64,000 bases of DNA, from assembly GCF_030028105.1 (NCBI RefSeq), contig NC_092398.1, positions 25,311,649-25,375,648 of the forward strand, written 5' to 3'. The translations under genes and the position numbers were made by a program. Each line of letters starts with the position of its first letter. Within the stretch, counting starts at the first letter, position 1. The notes under the pieces were generated by a model. It did not search any database and was not told the DNA's origin. It worked only from the letters and a program-made list of their open reading frames with translations. The DNA is from Mobula birostris (Eukaryota). Positions 1-12,919 of this stretch are shown piece by piece.

Positions 1-453
1 CACAATGGGTTTCCAAAAAGGTGGGAATACCAGATGCTTCTGGCGCTGTAGTTTGACCTAATGCTGTAGTTTCGAAGACAGTATTATCTATACATTATAA
101 ATATTAATTGTCTTCTATGTTAGCACGGGAATTGCCAAATAAATGTATCGTAGACTTAACTTAAATTCCTAAAGGCTGTGGATACCAACCCAGACATGTT
201 GGCGTCGGAAGGAAAGGATGGTGTGATATTTTGTATGTAGCTTCAATAGGAAGCATTGTCTATAACTTTTTAAGTAACGATTGCCTTTGTGTTTAGCATA
301 TAAATATCGAGCCCACACTGAGCTAGCAGACCTTACTGTGGAAAGCGTCTCCGTCCATAAGATGCCTGCTGTACCTTGTTGTGTCAAATAAAGAAGCTGC
401 TTTGTATCTACCAGTGACTCTGTCTCTCCAGTGATTTCATCCACGATACAACA
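1..453 (+). mobile_element. Partial LTR (window-truncated), inverted copy of the ERV LTR at 29010-29581
   Basis: Reverse complement of 29010-29473. It ends ...ccacgatacaaca followed by tcccc, the same flank as at 29005-29009. Confidence 0.9.
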
Positions 454-506
454 TCCCCTTCACTGTCCAGGTCATGCAGTTTTCTCACTGCTGCGATCGG
501 GTAGAA

Positions 507-724
507 CGGGGTCCCCAAACTGTTTTGCACTGCGGACTGGTTTGATATGACAATATTCTTGCGGACCGGCCGACAGTGGGCTGGGCAGGGGGGTTGGGGG
601 TGTTCAAGTTCAACAGTGCGTGACAGGGAATGAGGAAAAGTGCAGCTGACTCATATCATTTCATATCACCAAATCATACTGTTTCCTCGCACATGCTTTG
701 CGGCCCGGTGGTTGGGAACCACTG
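507..724. mobile_element. Short hAT (Charlie-type) MITE
   Basis: TIRs c(a)ggggtccccaa / ttgggaaccactg. 8-bp TSD gggtagaa/aggtagaa. Confidence 0.85.
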
Positions 725-2866
725 AGGTAGAAGGTACAGGTGCTTCAGGACTGGCGCCACCAGGTTCAAGAACAGTTAGTATCCCTCAAACTTCAGGCTG
801 TTGAACAAGAGGGGATAGCTACACTCACTTAAGGATTCTGTTGTATTGTTATTTCATGCTCATTATTTATTGCTGTTTATTTGTAACTGCATTTGCAGGG
901 TTTATTTACAGTTAACAGTTCCTGATGTTTGCAGTTGCTGTTCTATAGATTTGTTAAGTATGTCCGCAGATGAGGTACAGCAGCAAAAGATCATGAACGT
1001 ATACTGTGTCTATTTTATTCGCTGCAGGCCACTGAGTGTGAGTTGGTGTTTGTGTGTGTTTGTGTTTAATGTCCATACTCAAGGTCTGCTCTCCAGTTGC
1101 ATTGGAATTCCTCACTGTTGACCAAGACCTCACTCTTGTCAACGTCATGTGGTAAATGATGTACAAGAGGCACTCCATGTTAAAAATATTCACAATCTGA
1201 AGTATCATGTCATTCAGCCTAAGAAGACATACTCAGAAAGATATTGGTATAATGGAAGTAATTCTAATATTCACAATAGATTTATTATCGCAGTGTATTT
1301 GCAGAAAACACTTCTGCAGGGTATAGCATTCTTATACAGCAGTGACGCAGATCGCATAGATCGCCCTGATCAAACGACTCAAAAATGGCTTTTTTTTAAA
1401 ACAAAAGTAACCGGAATCCAGGCACATGTCCAATATGAACTGCAAAGTCTCCCAAAATGAGTGTCCAATTGACCCTTGCAATGTTGATCCCAAGACTCCT
1501 GCATTTCCCTCTGACAACAGATGGTGAGAGGGAGAGGAATACCAATCATACACCGGCAGGTTGAATCAAGGTGAACATCTGCTCATCCTCGATGCTCATC
1601 CTCATTGACTTCAACCTTGCTGAATGCTTCAGCTGGAGAAAAGCAATGGAGTTAATCATGGGCTCGTACCCTTGATGCCTCAGTTGGAGAAAAGCAACAG
1701 TCTCGATCATGTTTCCAGGCCACAAATTCTGCTCCAAACCTCACTGAATTTCCTTGGAGACAGTAAAGCACCAGTTTGCTCAACTAGTCCAAAAACACAC
1801 CATCAAAATGTAAATTACAGGTTCCAATGGCACGCCAATTAATACTGGAACTTCATTTGAAATACAAAGGAGTAAAAGAAACATATTTGTGAACTGTCAA
1901 CAGGGCATTGTCGTTGGTCATGCTGTTCGCTGGGCCATCTTGTGTGAAACAAACTGGAATCATAACATCACTTTTGTGAAACACTTTATGATCCCTCTCG
2001 GGTTGTAAGAGATCTCCATTACAGCGTCAGCTGGCGAACTGGGTCTTCCTTTATCACTCAACTAGATTAAACTCCGAATCTTAAAGACAGATTAGCTTTG
2101 TTTGTCATGTTTATGTCGAACATAGAGTTAAATGTGTCATTTACATCAATGGCCAACACAGTCCAATGATGTGCTGGGGGGTGGTGGGGTCACACTTCCT
2201 GAGGCAACAGCTTACTCACAATTTACTAATCCTAACCCGTATGTCTTTGAGACACAGCACAGTGTTCAGGTACACCACAAGAAACAGTTGGCTGTGTTTA
2301 TGGAAGGTAGAATGAGGGATGCCAATCCGGAGGGTGTGGAACAGTAAAATCTGGGGTTAACAGCAGCATGGGTGGGGGTTTTGCCAGGTGGAAGGCAGGG
2401 TGGAGAGAATGATGATCAGCTCGTGGACAGAGTTGATTTTTGTGAGCATGCCACATATGTGATTTAAAATGTTGGGAGTTAACAACAATATCAAGTCTAC
2501 AAATTGGTTCCGGTTCAGGCACTTGGAGGCAAATAGAGTCAGTGTTTGAGACTGAGGCAGTGATGGGGGCAAAAACAACCGAGACCAACTATTTGCTATT
2601 AAATGGTGTTTAGGGCTGTTTCAGGACTTAAGCTTCAAAATTTTATTTATTTATTGTGATACAACATGGAATAGGTCCTTCTGGCCCTTTGATCCGCACC
2701 ACCCAGCAGTTCCCAATTTAATCTTAGCCTAATCACAAGACAATTTACAATAACCATTTAACTTATCAACTGGAATATGGGAGGAAACCCATGGGGCATG
2801 GGGAGAACATATAAACTCCTTACAGGCAGTGGCAAGAATTGAACCCAAGTTACCTGTACTATAAAG

Positions 2867-4058
2867 CAGCGGTCCGCAACCACCTGGCTGCGGACCGGTA
2901 CCGGGCCGTGAGGAAACGATATGATTTGGCGATATGAGTCAGCTGCACCTTTCCTCATTCCCTGTCACGGCCACTGTTGAGCTTGACCGCACGCAGTCAC
3001 TACCCGCGTGTCATCCATGTCAGCGCGGGAAGGAGATCAACTCCTCGAGCTTGCAAATGACGACGGGCTGAGAAGTATGTTTGACATAACATCTCTGCTG
3101 GCATTCTGGATCAAAGTCAAGGCTAAATATCTTGAGATAGCCATGAGAGCACTGAAAAGGTTGCTTCCATTTCCAACATATCTCTGCAATGAATGCAATG
3201 AAAACTAAATCGCGGAATAGACTGGACATAAGGAACCCACTGTGAGTATCACTGTCTCCCATCACCCCTCGATGGGACTGTCTTGTTGCAGGAGAACAAG
3301 TATTCTGCCCAGGGCTCGCATTGATTCAGCGATATTGGTGCTTTGCAATGATTCTATATGTTCATACGGGGAAAATATGTGCTGTGTGTTTAATATCCAA
3401 ACGTTACTTAAAATGTTATGATGCTATTGACTTATAAGTGACTTATATAACCATATAATATTTGCAGCACGGAAACAGGCGATCTCTGCCCTTCTAGTCC
3501 TTGCCGAACACTACTCTTACCTAGCCCACCAACCTGCACTCAGCCCATAACCCTCCATTCTTTTCCTGTCCATACACCTAATTTTTCTTTAAATGATAAT
3601 ACGGAACCTGCCTCTACCACTTCTACTGGAAGTTCATTCAACACTTACTTCAAGCTCCCCTGGCCTTGCCTGATAATTGACGTATCACTATATTCGTGTG
3701 TGGAAAATATGCGCTGTGTGTTTGATATTAAATTCATTAGATAAACCCTTTTAGGAACGAAATTGAGTGTACTAGCCACTTATCACCTATATTGCAGTCG
3801 TGATTAACACTCCCCCCCACAAACAGAATCGCCAAAACCGATTTGCAGAAAAAAGTTGGCACGTACACGCATGCGCACGCAGGTACCCGCACAAGGCTTC
3901 ATGGTCATTGTATAGTCTTTCTTGGGGATAAGCACAACGTATTTGACTGCTACTCTTGTCCGTTGGCAACCCCGCCCCCCCCCCCCCCGTCGGCCAGTCC
4001 ACAACAATATTGTCAATATTAAACCGGTCTGCAGTGCAAAAAAGGTTGGGAACCCCTG
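2867..4058 (+). mobile_element. Non-autonomous hAT (Charlie/Buster-like) element with transposase C-terminal remnant
   Basis: Perfect 8-bp TSD ctataaag (2859-2866, 4059-4066) and TIRs. ORF 3008-3208 FWIKVKAKYLEIAMRALKRLLPFPTYLC resembles the hAT dimerization domain. The empty site is present in the right arm near 25585. Confidence 0.9.
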
Positions 4059-4405
4059 CTATAAAGCACTACACTGCCATGCTACCCCTTCTTGATCTTT
4101 AACAATTCACACCAGGATTTTGGTGAGCATTTTCATGAACTCTCACAGACGGCATGGTAGCGTAACTCTTTACAGTCCCTGTGATTGGGTTCAATTCCTG
4201 CCGCAGTCTTTATAGCATTTGTATGTTCTCTTCTCCATGACCACGTGGGTTCTCTCCCACATTCCAAAGACATACACATTAGGGTTAGTAAGTTGTGGGC
4301 TGGCGCTGGAAGTGTGGTGACACATATAGCTGTCAGCACAATCCTCAGACTGTGTTGGTAGTTGACACAAACAATGCATTTCACTGTATGTTTCATTGTA
4401 CCTAT

Positions 4406-5265
4406 TGTTACGTAACAGGCAATAATGAATATCAATCGAGACAGGTTATATAAAAACAATCAAACATTTATTAAACACGGATAAACGCTAAAAAACAAAC
4501 GAAAACCTTAACTGGAAGTTAACCGCTATGCGGCTGTTCCACAAACCATCACTTGCTACTCGTTAAATGCGAAAACAGTTCTTAAAGCGGTAAAGTCAAA
4601 TACAGTTCTTAAAGCGGTAAATTCAAAAGTCCAACAGATTTATATATTCAAATGGGGAGAGACTTCTCTGGAGAAGGATTCCTTGATAGACGCGCCTTTC
4701 CTGTTGGTTCTGTCCAAAGGATTCACGATGCAGGAAGTACATGGCTTAAAACAACTGACCTTAATTTCTAGAGAGCAAACCTTGCATGAACTTCCTTGCT
4801 CCTTTGACAAGAGTTATCTACGATGCAGGTCACTACTTCTTCAACAAAGACTCAATAAGGTCGATCCTTTGTTAAACTGCCGAACGATACCAACTTCTCT
4901 TAATCCTTCGTGTCCTGTACTTCGATAAAGTCTTCACTCTCCAGTACTGCTGGAAAAAGGTACATCAACACATCTAGCAAAAATTGCCAGTCCAGCAATA
5001 TGGTACCTTGCAACAGAACATAACACTCCATTTTAAAAATGAAACTGTGTCATAAAATAAATACGCAGTAGAAACAGAGACACACTAACGTTCTAGCTGG
5101 AAAACTAAAAACTGAGAAAAACTAACTGCGTCATCTGAGGTCTTCCCTTATATACCTGTGGTGAGCATGTCATCACATGACCTCACATCGGCGGGAAAAT
5201 TACATCAGGTGACCTCCAAAAGACCATTACATCATTCTCACAAGAACTCCTTCAGGTATGTAACA
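4406..5265 (-). repeat. 3' LTR of Gmr1-like element
   Basis: tgttacg...gtatgtaaca. Adjacent cctccctcc is the polypurine tract on the - strand. Confidence 0.9.
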
Positions 5266-6695
5266 CCTCCCTCCAAAAAAAAATTTTTTGTTCTCTTAAA
5301 GAACAAAACTTTAACAATTAACACTTTACACAAAAAAATACAAAGGTATAAAATTTACAACATACACAATATATACAGTCTTATCTTTCAGCACTTTACA
5401 AACTAATATACAGTAGGAGTGTTACAAATGTTAAAATACCACTCCAAAAAAATTTTCTTTGTACATTTAACATCTAGATAGACTATCAGCGATCACATTA
5501 TCTTTACCCTTAATATGAGTGATCAAAATATTTCACTCCTGTAACAATAAACTGTGTTACTAAATTGGAGTTTAATTTCCTTAACCCTTTTCCTTAACGG
5601 TCACAGTGGCATGACCAAATTCACTGTTAACTAAGTTAATAGTTAAGTTAGCTTTTGAAAGTCTCTCAAATAGTTTCTCCACCGCAGTAAAATGTGCTTT
5701 CCATGTATTATTTCCTGTAACTAAATCATCAATATAGGCATCTGTATCTTTTAATCCCTGAATCACACTATTAATCATCCTCTGAAAAGTATCTGGTGTA
5801 TTCTTCATCCCAAATAGAAGAACATTACATTCATATAACCCAGATGGGGTTACAAATGCTGAAATCTCTCTACCTCTATCACACCAATAACCTTTTAACA
5901 AATCAATCTTTGTAAGGGATTTGGCTTATGTACCCGTGGGGAACGTATCATCACGTGACCTCACAACGGCAGGAAAATTACATCAGGTGACCTCCAAAAG
6001 ACCATCACATCATTCTCACAAGAACTCCTTCAGGTATGTAACACCTCCCTCCAAAAAAAATTTTGGTCTCTTAACAAAATTTTAACAATTAACACTTCAC
6101 AAAAAAAAATACAAAGGTATAAAATTTACAACATACACAATATATACAGTCTTACCTTTCAGCACTTTACAAACTAATATACAGTAGGAGTGTTACAAAT
6201 GTTAAAATACCACTCCAAAAAAATTCTTTGTACATTTAACATCTATATAGACTATCAGTGATCACATTATCTTTACCCTTAATATGAGTGATCAAAATAT
6301 TATACTCCTGTAACATTAAACTGTGTTACTAAATTGGAGTTTAATTTCCTTAACCCTTTTCCTTAACGGTCACAGTGGAATGACCAAATTCACTGTTAGC
6401 TAAGTTAATAGTTAAGTTAGCTTTTGAAAGTCTCTCAAATAGTTTCTTCACTGCAATAATATGTGCTTTCCACGTATTGTTTCCTGCAACTAAATCATCA
6501 ATATAGGCATCTGTATCTTTTAATCCCTGAATCACACTATTAATCATCCTCTGAAAAGTACTTGGTGCATTCTTCATCCCAAATAGAAGAACATTATATT
6601 CATATAACCCAGATGGGGTTACAAATGCTGAAATCTCTCTACCTCTATCACACCAATAACCTTTTAACAAATCAATCTTTGTAAGGGATTTGGCT
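5152..6695. repeat. Internal tandem duplication (~775 bp unit) of RT end, 3' UTR, PPT and part of the LTR
   Basis: 5152-5926 repeats at 5927-6695. ORFs 5581-5901 and 6350-6874 share LLKGYWCDRGREISAF...TVTVKEKG. Confidence 0.9.
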
Positions 6696-7234
6696 TGTCC
6701 AACTTTATCCACACAATCATCTACCCTAGGGATTGGATATGCATCAGTTTTTGTCACATAATTCACCTTCCTGTAATCTGTACAAAACCTAATACTGTTG
6801 TCTGGCTTAGGCACCATAACACACGGTGAACTCCAATTAGAATTAGAATGTCTAGTAATATCATTCTCTAACATTTACTTAATTTTTTGTTCAGCAAGTT
6901 CACATTTTTCCCTGTTCATTCGATACGGATGTTGTTTTATGGGCTTTGCATCTCCAACATCTACATCATGTGTAGCTACAGTGGTTCTTCTAGGAACGTT
7001 TGGAAATAAATCTCTATATTTAAAAATTAACTGTTTCATCTGCTCTGGCTGTAAATGAGCTAATTTTTCATCAATATTTTCGAGAATTTTTGAATTTGGC
7101 AACCTGGCTGAAATAATGTTGGGTTTAAAATGAGTTTCAGATGAATCATCCATTAAGTTTTTATCAAGATCAGACTCATTATTGATCACATCAGTCATCG
7201 TATCAGCTTCTCTCTCATAATATGCTTTTATCAT
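6350..7234 (-). pseudogene. Gypsy reverse transcriptase (frameshifted, truncated after YIDD)
   Basis: PIKQHPYRMN, WSSPCVMVPKPD, DYRKVN, KIDLLKGYW, FGMKNAPSTFQR, YIDD. Confidence 0.92.
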
Positions 7235-7513
7235 ATTTATATGACACAGTTGTGCCGTCTTTCTTCGATCTGGGTTTTTTTTACCACATAATTCGCATCA
7301 TTTACCTTAGATTTAATCTCATAAGGACCATGAAATTTAGCTTATAATGGCTTTGTTTGCACCGGGAAAAGAACCAATACCTTATCCTCAGTCTTAAATG
7401 ACCTCATCCTAGCTTCCTTATCATACCAAGTCTTCATCTTCTCTTGAGCTAATTTTAAATTTTCCGTGGTCAAGTTATAAGCTTTATATAATCTTTCTTT
7501 AAATTTTAAAACA

Positions 7514-9208
7514 TTAATCTAGCAAATTAGTGTGTAAATCTTTATTAATCCACTGTTCCTTCAACAAAGCTAAAGGTCCTCGAACTCGATGCCCAAACAC
7601 AAATTCAATAGGATTAAAACCTAATGATTCCTGCACTGCCTCCCTTACTGCAAAAAGTAGTAAATGTATACCTTCATCCCAGTCCCTTACATTTTCCACA
7701 CAATATATCCTAATCATAGTTTATAATGTAGAATGAAATCTCTCCAAGGCTCCTTGCAATTCTGGATGATAGGCTGATGAGATAATCTGTTTTGCTCCCA
7801 GTTTATCAACTATCTGCTGAAACAATCCCAACATAAAATTACTACCTTGATCCGATTGTATTTCCTTAGGCAACACAAAACAAGTAAAAAATTTTATAAG
7901 AGCCTTTGTCACAGTTTTGGCTGTTATATTCCTAAGAGGTACTGCCTCTGGGAACCTAGATGCTGTGCACATAATAGTTAACAAATATTTATGTCCAGTT
8001 TTAGTCTTTGGCAAAGGACCTACACAACCTACAATGATTTTTGAGAACGGCTCACCAAATACAGGAATTGGTTGCAGTGGAGCCACTGAAGTAACCTGAT
8101 TAGGTTTACCCACAATTTGACATGTATGACACGTTCTAGAAAATGTTGCCACATCTTTTCTTAAACTAGGCCAATAAAAATATTTAGAAACCTTGTTCAT
8201 AGTTTTCTTAACCCCTAAATGACCACCCAAAGGAATACTATGAGCCATAGTCAAAATCTCATTTCGATAAACTTTAGGAACTACTATCTGATGATTAACT
8301 TTCCATTCCTCACTCGCAGGAATTGTAGGTGATCTCCATTTTCTCATTAATACTCTCTTTTCAAAATAATATCCTACTGACACTTTTTCAATTTCATTAT
8401 CTGGAAGAGCTTGTTCTTTTAATTTAACTATCTCAGGATCTCTACCTTGCTCTGCTATCATCTCCTTCTGAGATAAAGACAAATCTTCCTGGTCAGACCT
8501 ACCACCAAAATCCTGATCAAATAATGTAGGTAAAAAAGTTTCTGATACATCCTCAAAATCCGAATCTTGATTTGAACAGTCATGGGTAACAACCTCATCC
8601 TTTACATCAGTCTTTTTAGCCATAGCTCTTGTTATAACACAGGAAGAATCTGTGTTAGAATCTCTCTGTGTTTCCTCAGACTTAGGGTTTATTGTTAAAT
8701 GCACTTCAGGAAAAACTTGTCCACCTGCTAAATCATTCCCTAACAAAAGGGGAACATCATTCACAGGTAAACTGGATTCTAGTCCTACTTTAACAACCCC
8801 TGTAACTAATCCTGACCTTAAATTTACTCTATGTAAATGTACTGGAATAAGGGCACTCCCAACGCCGCTTATATAATTTACCTCATCAATGTCAGACTCA
8901 TCACTAAATTTTAGCACACTGTCTAATATTAGTGATTGAGAAGCTCCAGTATCTCTAAGTATTCTTATTGGTACTGAATTGGATCCTTCTTTCAATGATA
9001 CAAATACTTCTGTTATAAAATGTTCATATCCCTTCTTAACTTGGTCAGACTCTGACACATCTTCATTAGTATTTTCTAAACCCTGTGAATTTGCAGGTGT
9101 TTCAATATGCCGCACACAAGCATCTGGGACAGCTTCTTTCTTTTTCTTTTTCAATTGAAAGCAATTAGCTACTACATGTCCAGATTTCATAAATATACAT
9201 AGAAACAT
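7514..9208 (-). pseudogene. Gypsy protease plus integrase
   Basis: ILRDTGASQS (protease). HSIPLGGHLG...CHTC zinc finger, IQSDQGSNF and SAYHPELQGALERFH (integrase core). Confidence 0.92.
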
Positions 9209-10143
9209 AGAAAATAGGTGCAGGAGTAGGCCATTCGGCCCTTCGAGCCTGCACCGCCATTCATTTCGATCATTTTCTTATAATAATTACAAATAATACC
9301 AAAATGTCTTTCCTTCACATGTCTCCCTTCATCCTTACTTTTCTCACTAACCTCAGGTTTAATTTCTGGTTTACCTTGACTCTCGGTGCTATTTTTCCTT
9401 TTAAAAGTTCTACTTGGAGAAAATTTATTCCTATGAATTAAAGCATACTTATCAGCTAATTTAGCAGTCTGCTGCAATGTAGCAGTGACCCTTTCATTTA
9501 AGTATGTTCTCACTTCAACAGGAATGCTCCTTTTAAATTCCACCAGTAAAATCAACTCTTTTAGTTTATTATACTCCCCATTCACATTTTTAGAGGAAAC
9601 CCATCTCTCAAAACACACAGATTTCTCATAGGCAAATTCCACATAAGTGTTTTCCACTGATTTCTTCAAATTTCTGAATCTTTCTCTATACGCTTCCGGA
9701 ACCAACTCATATGCCTTTAATATATGCTGTTTAGTAATATCCTAATCCAGTGATTGCTCCGCATTTAAAGCTGTATAAACTTGTTGTGCCTTGCCTTTAA
9801 TTACACTTTGTAACATCACTGGCCATTGCTCTATCGGCCACCCTAAACTCAGAGCAATAGTTTTGAAATGCTGGAAATATTTGTCCACTTCAGCTTCATT
9901 TAATGGAGGAGCCAAAATAACCTCACGACTAGCAATAAACTGTTTCTTAGAACCAGAAGACTGATTCCCGGACTTTAATTTCTCCATCTCTAGCTCAAAT
10001 TTCCTCTGGTTTTCAGCTTCTCTTTCTTTAAATTCCCTTATTTTATGGGCGTCTCTAGCCTCGAATTCCTTCTGTTTATTTTCAGCTTCTAACAGACTTC
10101 TTTCCAAATCAGTTTCTAATTGCTTTAACTTTATTTGTTTCAA
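9187..10143 (-). pseudogene. Gypsy gag (SCAN-like capsid; zinc knuckle interrupted by a CR1 tail)
   Basis: LQSVIKGKAQQVY, YELVPEAYRERFR, LILLVEFKRSIP. The knuckle CNYYKK...GHVVANC is split by an insertion at ~9197-9270. Confidence 0.88.
9197..9270 (-). mobile_element. Short 5'-truncated CR1 3' tail
   Basis: Reverse complement reads tgaatggcggtgcaggctcgaagggccgaatggcctactcctgcacctattttctatgtttctatg, with a CR1-type tail. Confidence 0.75.
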
Positions 10144-10350
10144 GATGTAACTGCATGTCCAGATTACTCATTGGAAACCTATCTAACACCTCATCACCAA
10201 ACGTGTTCAAACTAATATAATGCTCAACGATTTTTCTTTGTATTAAAGCCTTTGTAGTATTCTTCGTAATTCCCTAAATATCCAAATTCCTAGCAATCTC
10301 CAATACCTCAGGTTTTCTCGCATTCTCTAAAGACACCGGAATCGGAACAT

Positions 10351-10368
10351 ATCCTGGCCGAGTCCCCA
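10351..10368 (-). other. Primer-binding site, tRNA-Pro type
   Basis: tggggactcggccaggat versus canonical TGGGGGCTCGTCCGGGAT, next to the 5' LTR. Confidence 0.75.
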
Positions 10369-10375
10369 CAAATTA

Positions 10376-11212
10376 TGTTACGTAACCAGCAACAGTGAAT
10401 ATCAATTGAGACAGGTTATATAAAAACAACCAAACATTTATTAAACATGGATAAACAATTAAAAAAAAAAGAAAACCTTAACTGGAAGTTAACCGCTATG
10501 TGGCCGTTCAACAAACTGTCACTTGTTCTTAAAGCATTAAATGCGAAAACAGTTCTTAAAGCGGTAAATTCAAAAGTCCAACGGATTTATACATTTAAAT
10601 GGGGAGAGACTTGTCTGGAAAAAGGATTTCTTCATAGACGTGACTTTCCTATTGGTTCTGTCCAGAGGATTCACGATGCAGGAAATAAATGGCTTAAAAC
10701 AACTGACCTTAATTTCTAGAGAGCAAACCTTGCATGAACTTCCTTGCTCTTTTGGCAAGAGTTATCTACAATGCAGGTCATTATCTTCAACGAAGACTCA
10801 ATAAGGTTGATCCTTTCTTAAACTGCCGAACGATACCAACTTCTCTTAATCCTTTGGGTCCTGTACTTCGATAAAGTGTTCACTCTCCAGTACTGCTGGA
10901 AAAAGGTACATCAACACATCTAGCAAAAATTGTCAGTCCAGCACTATGGTACCTTGCAACAGAACATAACACTCCATTTTAAAAATGAAACTGCGTCATA
11001 AAATAAATACGCAACAGAAACAGAGGCACACTAACGTTCCAGCTGGAAAACTAAAAACTAAAAAAAAACTAACTGCGTCATCTGAGGTCTTCCCTTATAT
11101 ACCCGTGGTGCACAGGTCACCACGTGACCTCACATCGGCGGGAAAATTACATCAGGTGACCTCCAAATGACCATTACATCATTCTCACAAGACCTCCTTG
11201 AGGTATGTAACA
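10376..11212 (-). repeat. 5' LTR of Gmr1-like element
   Basis: Direct repeat of 4406-5265. Confidence 0.9.
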
Positions 11213-11689
11213 ATATGACAAATAAAACTGATTTCTATTCTTTACTTTTAATCTCTGTTAGCTTCACCAAAGAGCATTTTGCAGATATTACTTTGGTGCT
11301 GTTTGCAAGATCATCTCACATGTGAACAATGAGCATATTTCCTTGCTGAGTGACAGTGACTGCTTTGATAGGGCCTGGGGAGGATTTGGGTCTGTGAACC
11401 TCCTGTACCTAATAAAGTGGCCACTGAGTGCATGTTCATGGTCTTCTGCCGCAGTAGCTCATCCACTTCAAGCTTCAACATGTTGGCCTGAAACTGCTGC
11501 AGTAGGTCTACAGTGGAGACATTCTCACTGGCTCTCCTTTCAGTCTTGCAGCACCTGGACAACAGCAATATCTACATCAGGCTGCAGTTTTAGATGGTGA
11601 CAAGGATGCATACAGGATTGAGATAGATCAGCTGGTTGAGTGGTGTCGCAACAACAGCCTTGCAGTCAATGTCACAAAGTGTGTGTCCT

Positions 11690-12420
11690 ATCGTTATACA
11701 CCAAGATTCGTCTGTCCTTGACACTCCCCACCGTTCACAGTGTGTGTGTATCCTGTCATTGTGGAGTGAAGTCCCATTGTCCCTTGACACTCCCCAACAT
11801 TCACTGTGTGTATCCAGCCTTTCTACACTGAGGTCCCCCTGTTCCCTAATACTTTACACCATTTGTGGTGTGTGCCCTAGCTTTGTAAACCAGGTTCGCT
11901 ATGACTCTCGACATCCTCTACAGTTCACACTGTATGTCCTACCATTCTACACAACCTGTCCCTGGATACACCACACCATTCATGGTGTGTGTCCTACCCT
12001 TGAACACCAAGTCGCTCTGTCTCTCGACACTCCTCACCAGTCACGTAGTCTCTCCTACCCTTGTATACGGAACTCCATTTGAACCCTGACTCTCCCCACC
12101 ACTCATGGTGCCTTCCCCCATATACTGTAGTGCCTCTGTTCCTTGACAATCCCACCATTCCATGTACGTATCCTATCCTTGTACACTGAGATCCGTCTAT
12201 CCCTCAACACTCCCTATCATAAGCGGTGTTTGCCCTACCATTGTACACGGAGATCCCTCTATCCTTTGACACTCCCCACTATCTATGGATAGTGTCTTTT
12301 GCCCTTGTACAGTGAAGTCCCACTATCCCTTGACACTGCTCATCATTTACTGTGTGTCCAACCCTCCTACACTGAGGTTTCTCTGTCCATGGATAGGCCA
12401 CACCATTTACGACGTGTGCC
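11690..12420. repeat. Degenerate minisatellite, ~12 units of ~60 bp
   Basis: Recurring gtgtgtcctacccttgtacac...tcccttgacactcccca motif spaced roughly 55-65 nt apart. Confidence 0.8.
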
Positions 12421-12592
12421 AACTGAACCTTGCGACCATTTTTGCATGTTTTTATGCTGCCACATGATTGGCTAATTAGATACTTGTATTGAGTATGTGT
12501 ACCTAATTGTATGTGTTGTTTAAACATTAGATACAAGAATTGATAATGTGAGTTAAAAATCTTTTTTTACAATGATCTTTTTATTTTTTCAG

Positions 12593-12847
12593 AGACAGAC
12601 AAGTTGGCAGTCACCTTCTTTGTTACAGATGACCCCAGCCTGCCAGAGGGTGGAGCTGAGTTGAAGACCCAGGAGAGAAGTATTGCTTACTATGACACCA
12701 CGTTACCGAGTGTTCAGTTTCACTTGTCTGGCTTAGACCCATTCCGTTTACCTATGGATAAGCTATTAGCAGGAAATGTGTTCGCATGGGTAAAGTACCT
12801 GATGAATGGGGCAATGCAGTTAACCAACAACTCTCTTCCCCCAAATG
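12593..12847 (+). CDS. MHC W-category alpha chain (WA)-like, alpha1 domain exon
   Basis: Polypyrimidine ttttttcag acceptor and g|gtgagt donor, phase 1/1, 255 nt, open. Reads (E)TDKLAVTFFVTDDPSLPEGG...WVKYLMNGAMQLTNNSLPPN, with an N-glycosylation sequon near the domain end as in class II alpha1. Confidence 0.8.
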
Positions 12848-12919
12848 GTGAGTCAAGATAGGAACGTGAGCAGCTCAGTGTACTGACTACCATCAGTCCA
12901 ATAAAGCGTCCCCAGTATG

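Larger units (their letters stand above)
1..4335. repeat. Left arm of inverted segmental duplication (partner 25311-29473); probably extends left of the window
   Basis: Colinear reverse-complement match across LTR, MITE, SINE and non-repeat segments. 4 mismatches in one 60-nt block checked (301-360). Confidence 0.92.
4406..11212 (-). mobile_element. Gypsy LTR retrotransposon, Gmr1-like (gag-PR-IN-RT order), decayed, RNase H missing
   Basis: LTRs 4406-5265 and 10376-11212 (TGT...ACA), flanks ctat/atat. PBS and PPT present. Gag, protease, integrase and RT motifs in the ORFs. Confidence 0.93.

Noticed and set aside
11219-11320. Hydrophobic frame KLISILLLLISVSFT as WA leader
   Set aside because: No in-frame ATG and no donor. 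It begins in a SINE-type tail split by the Gypsy insertion.
11690-12420. CRISPR-like array or coding repeat exon
   Set aside because: Eukaryotic context, units degenerate along their whole length with no conserved repeat/unique spacer structure, and no splice sites.
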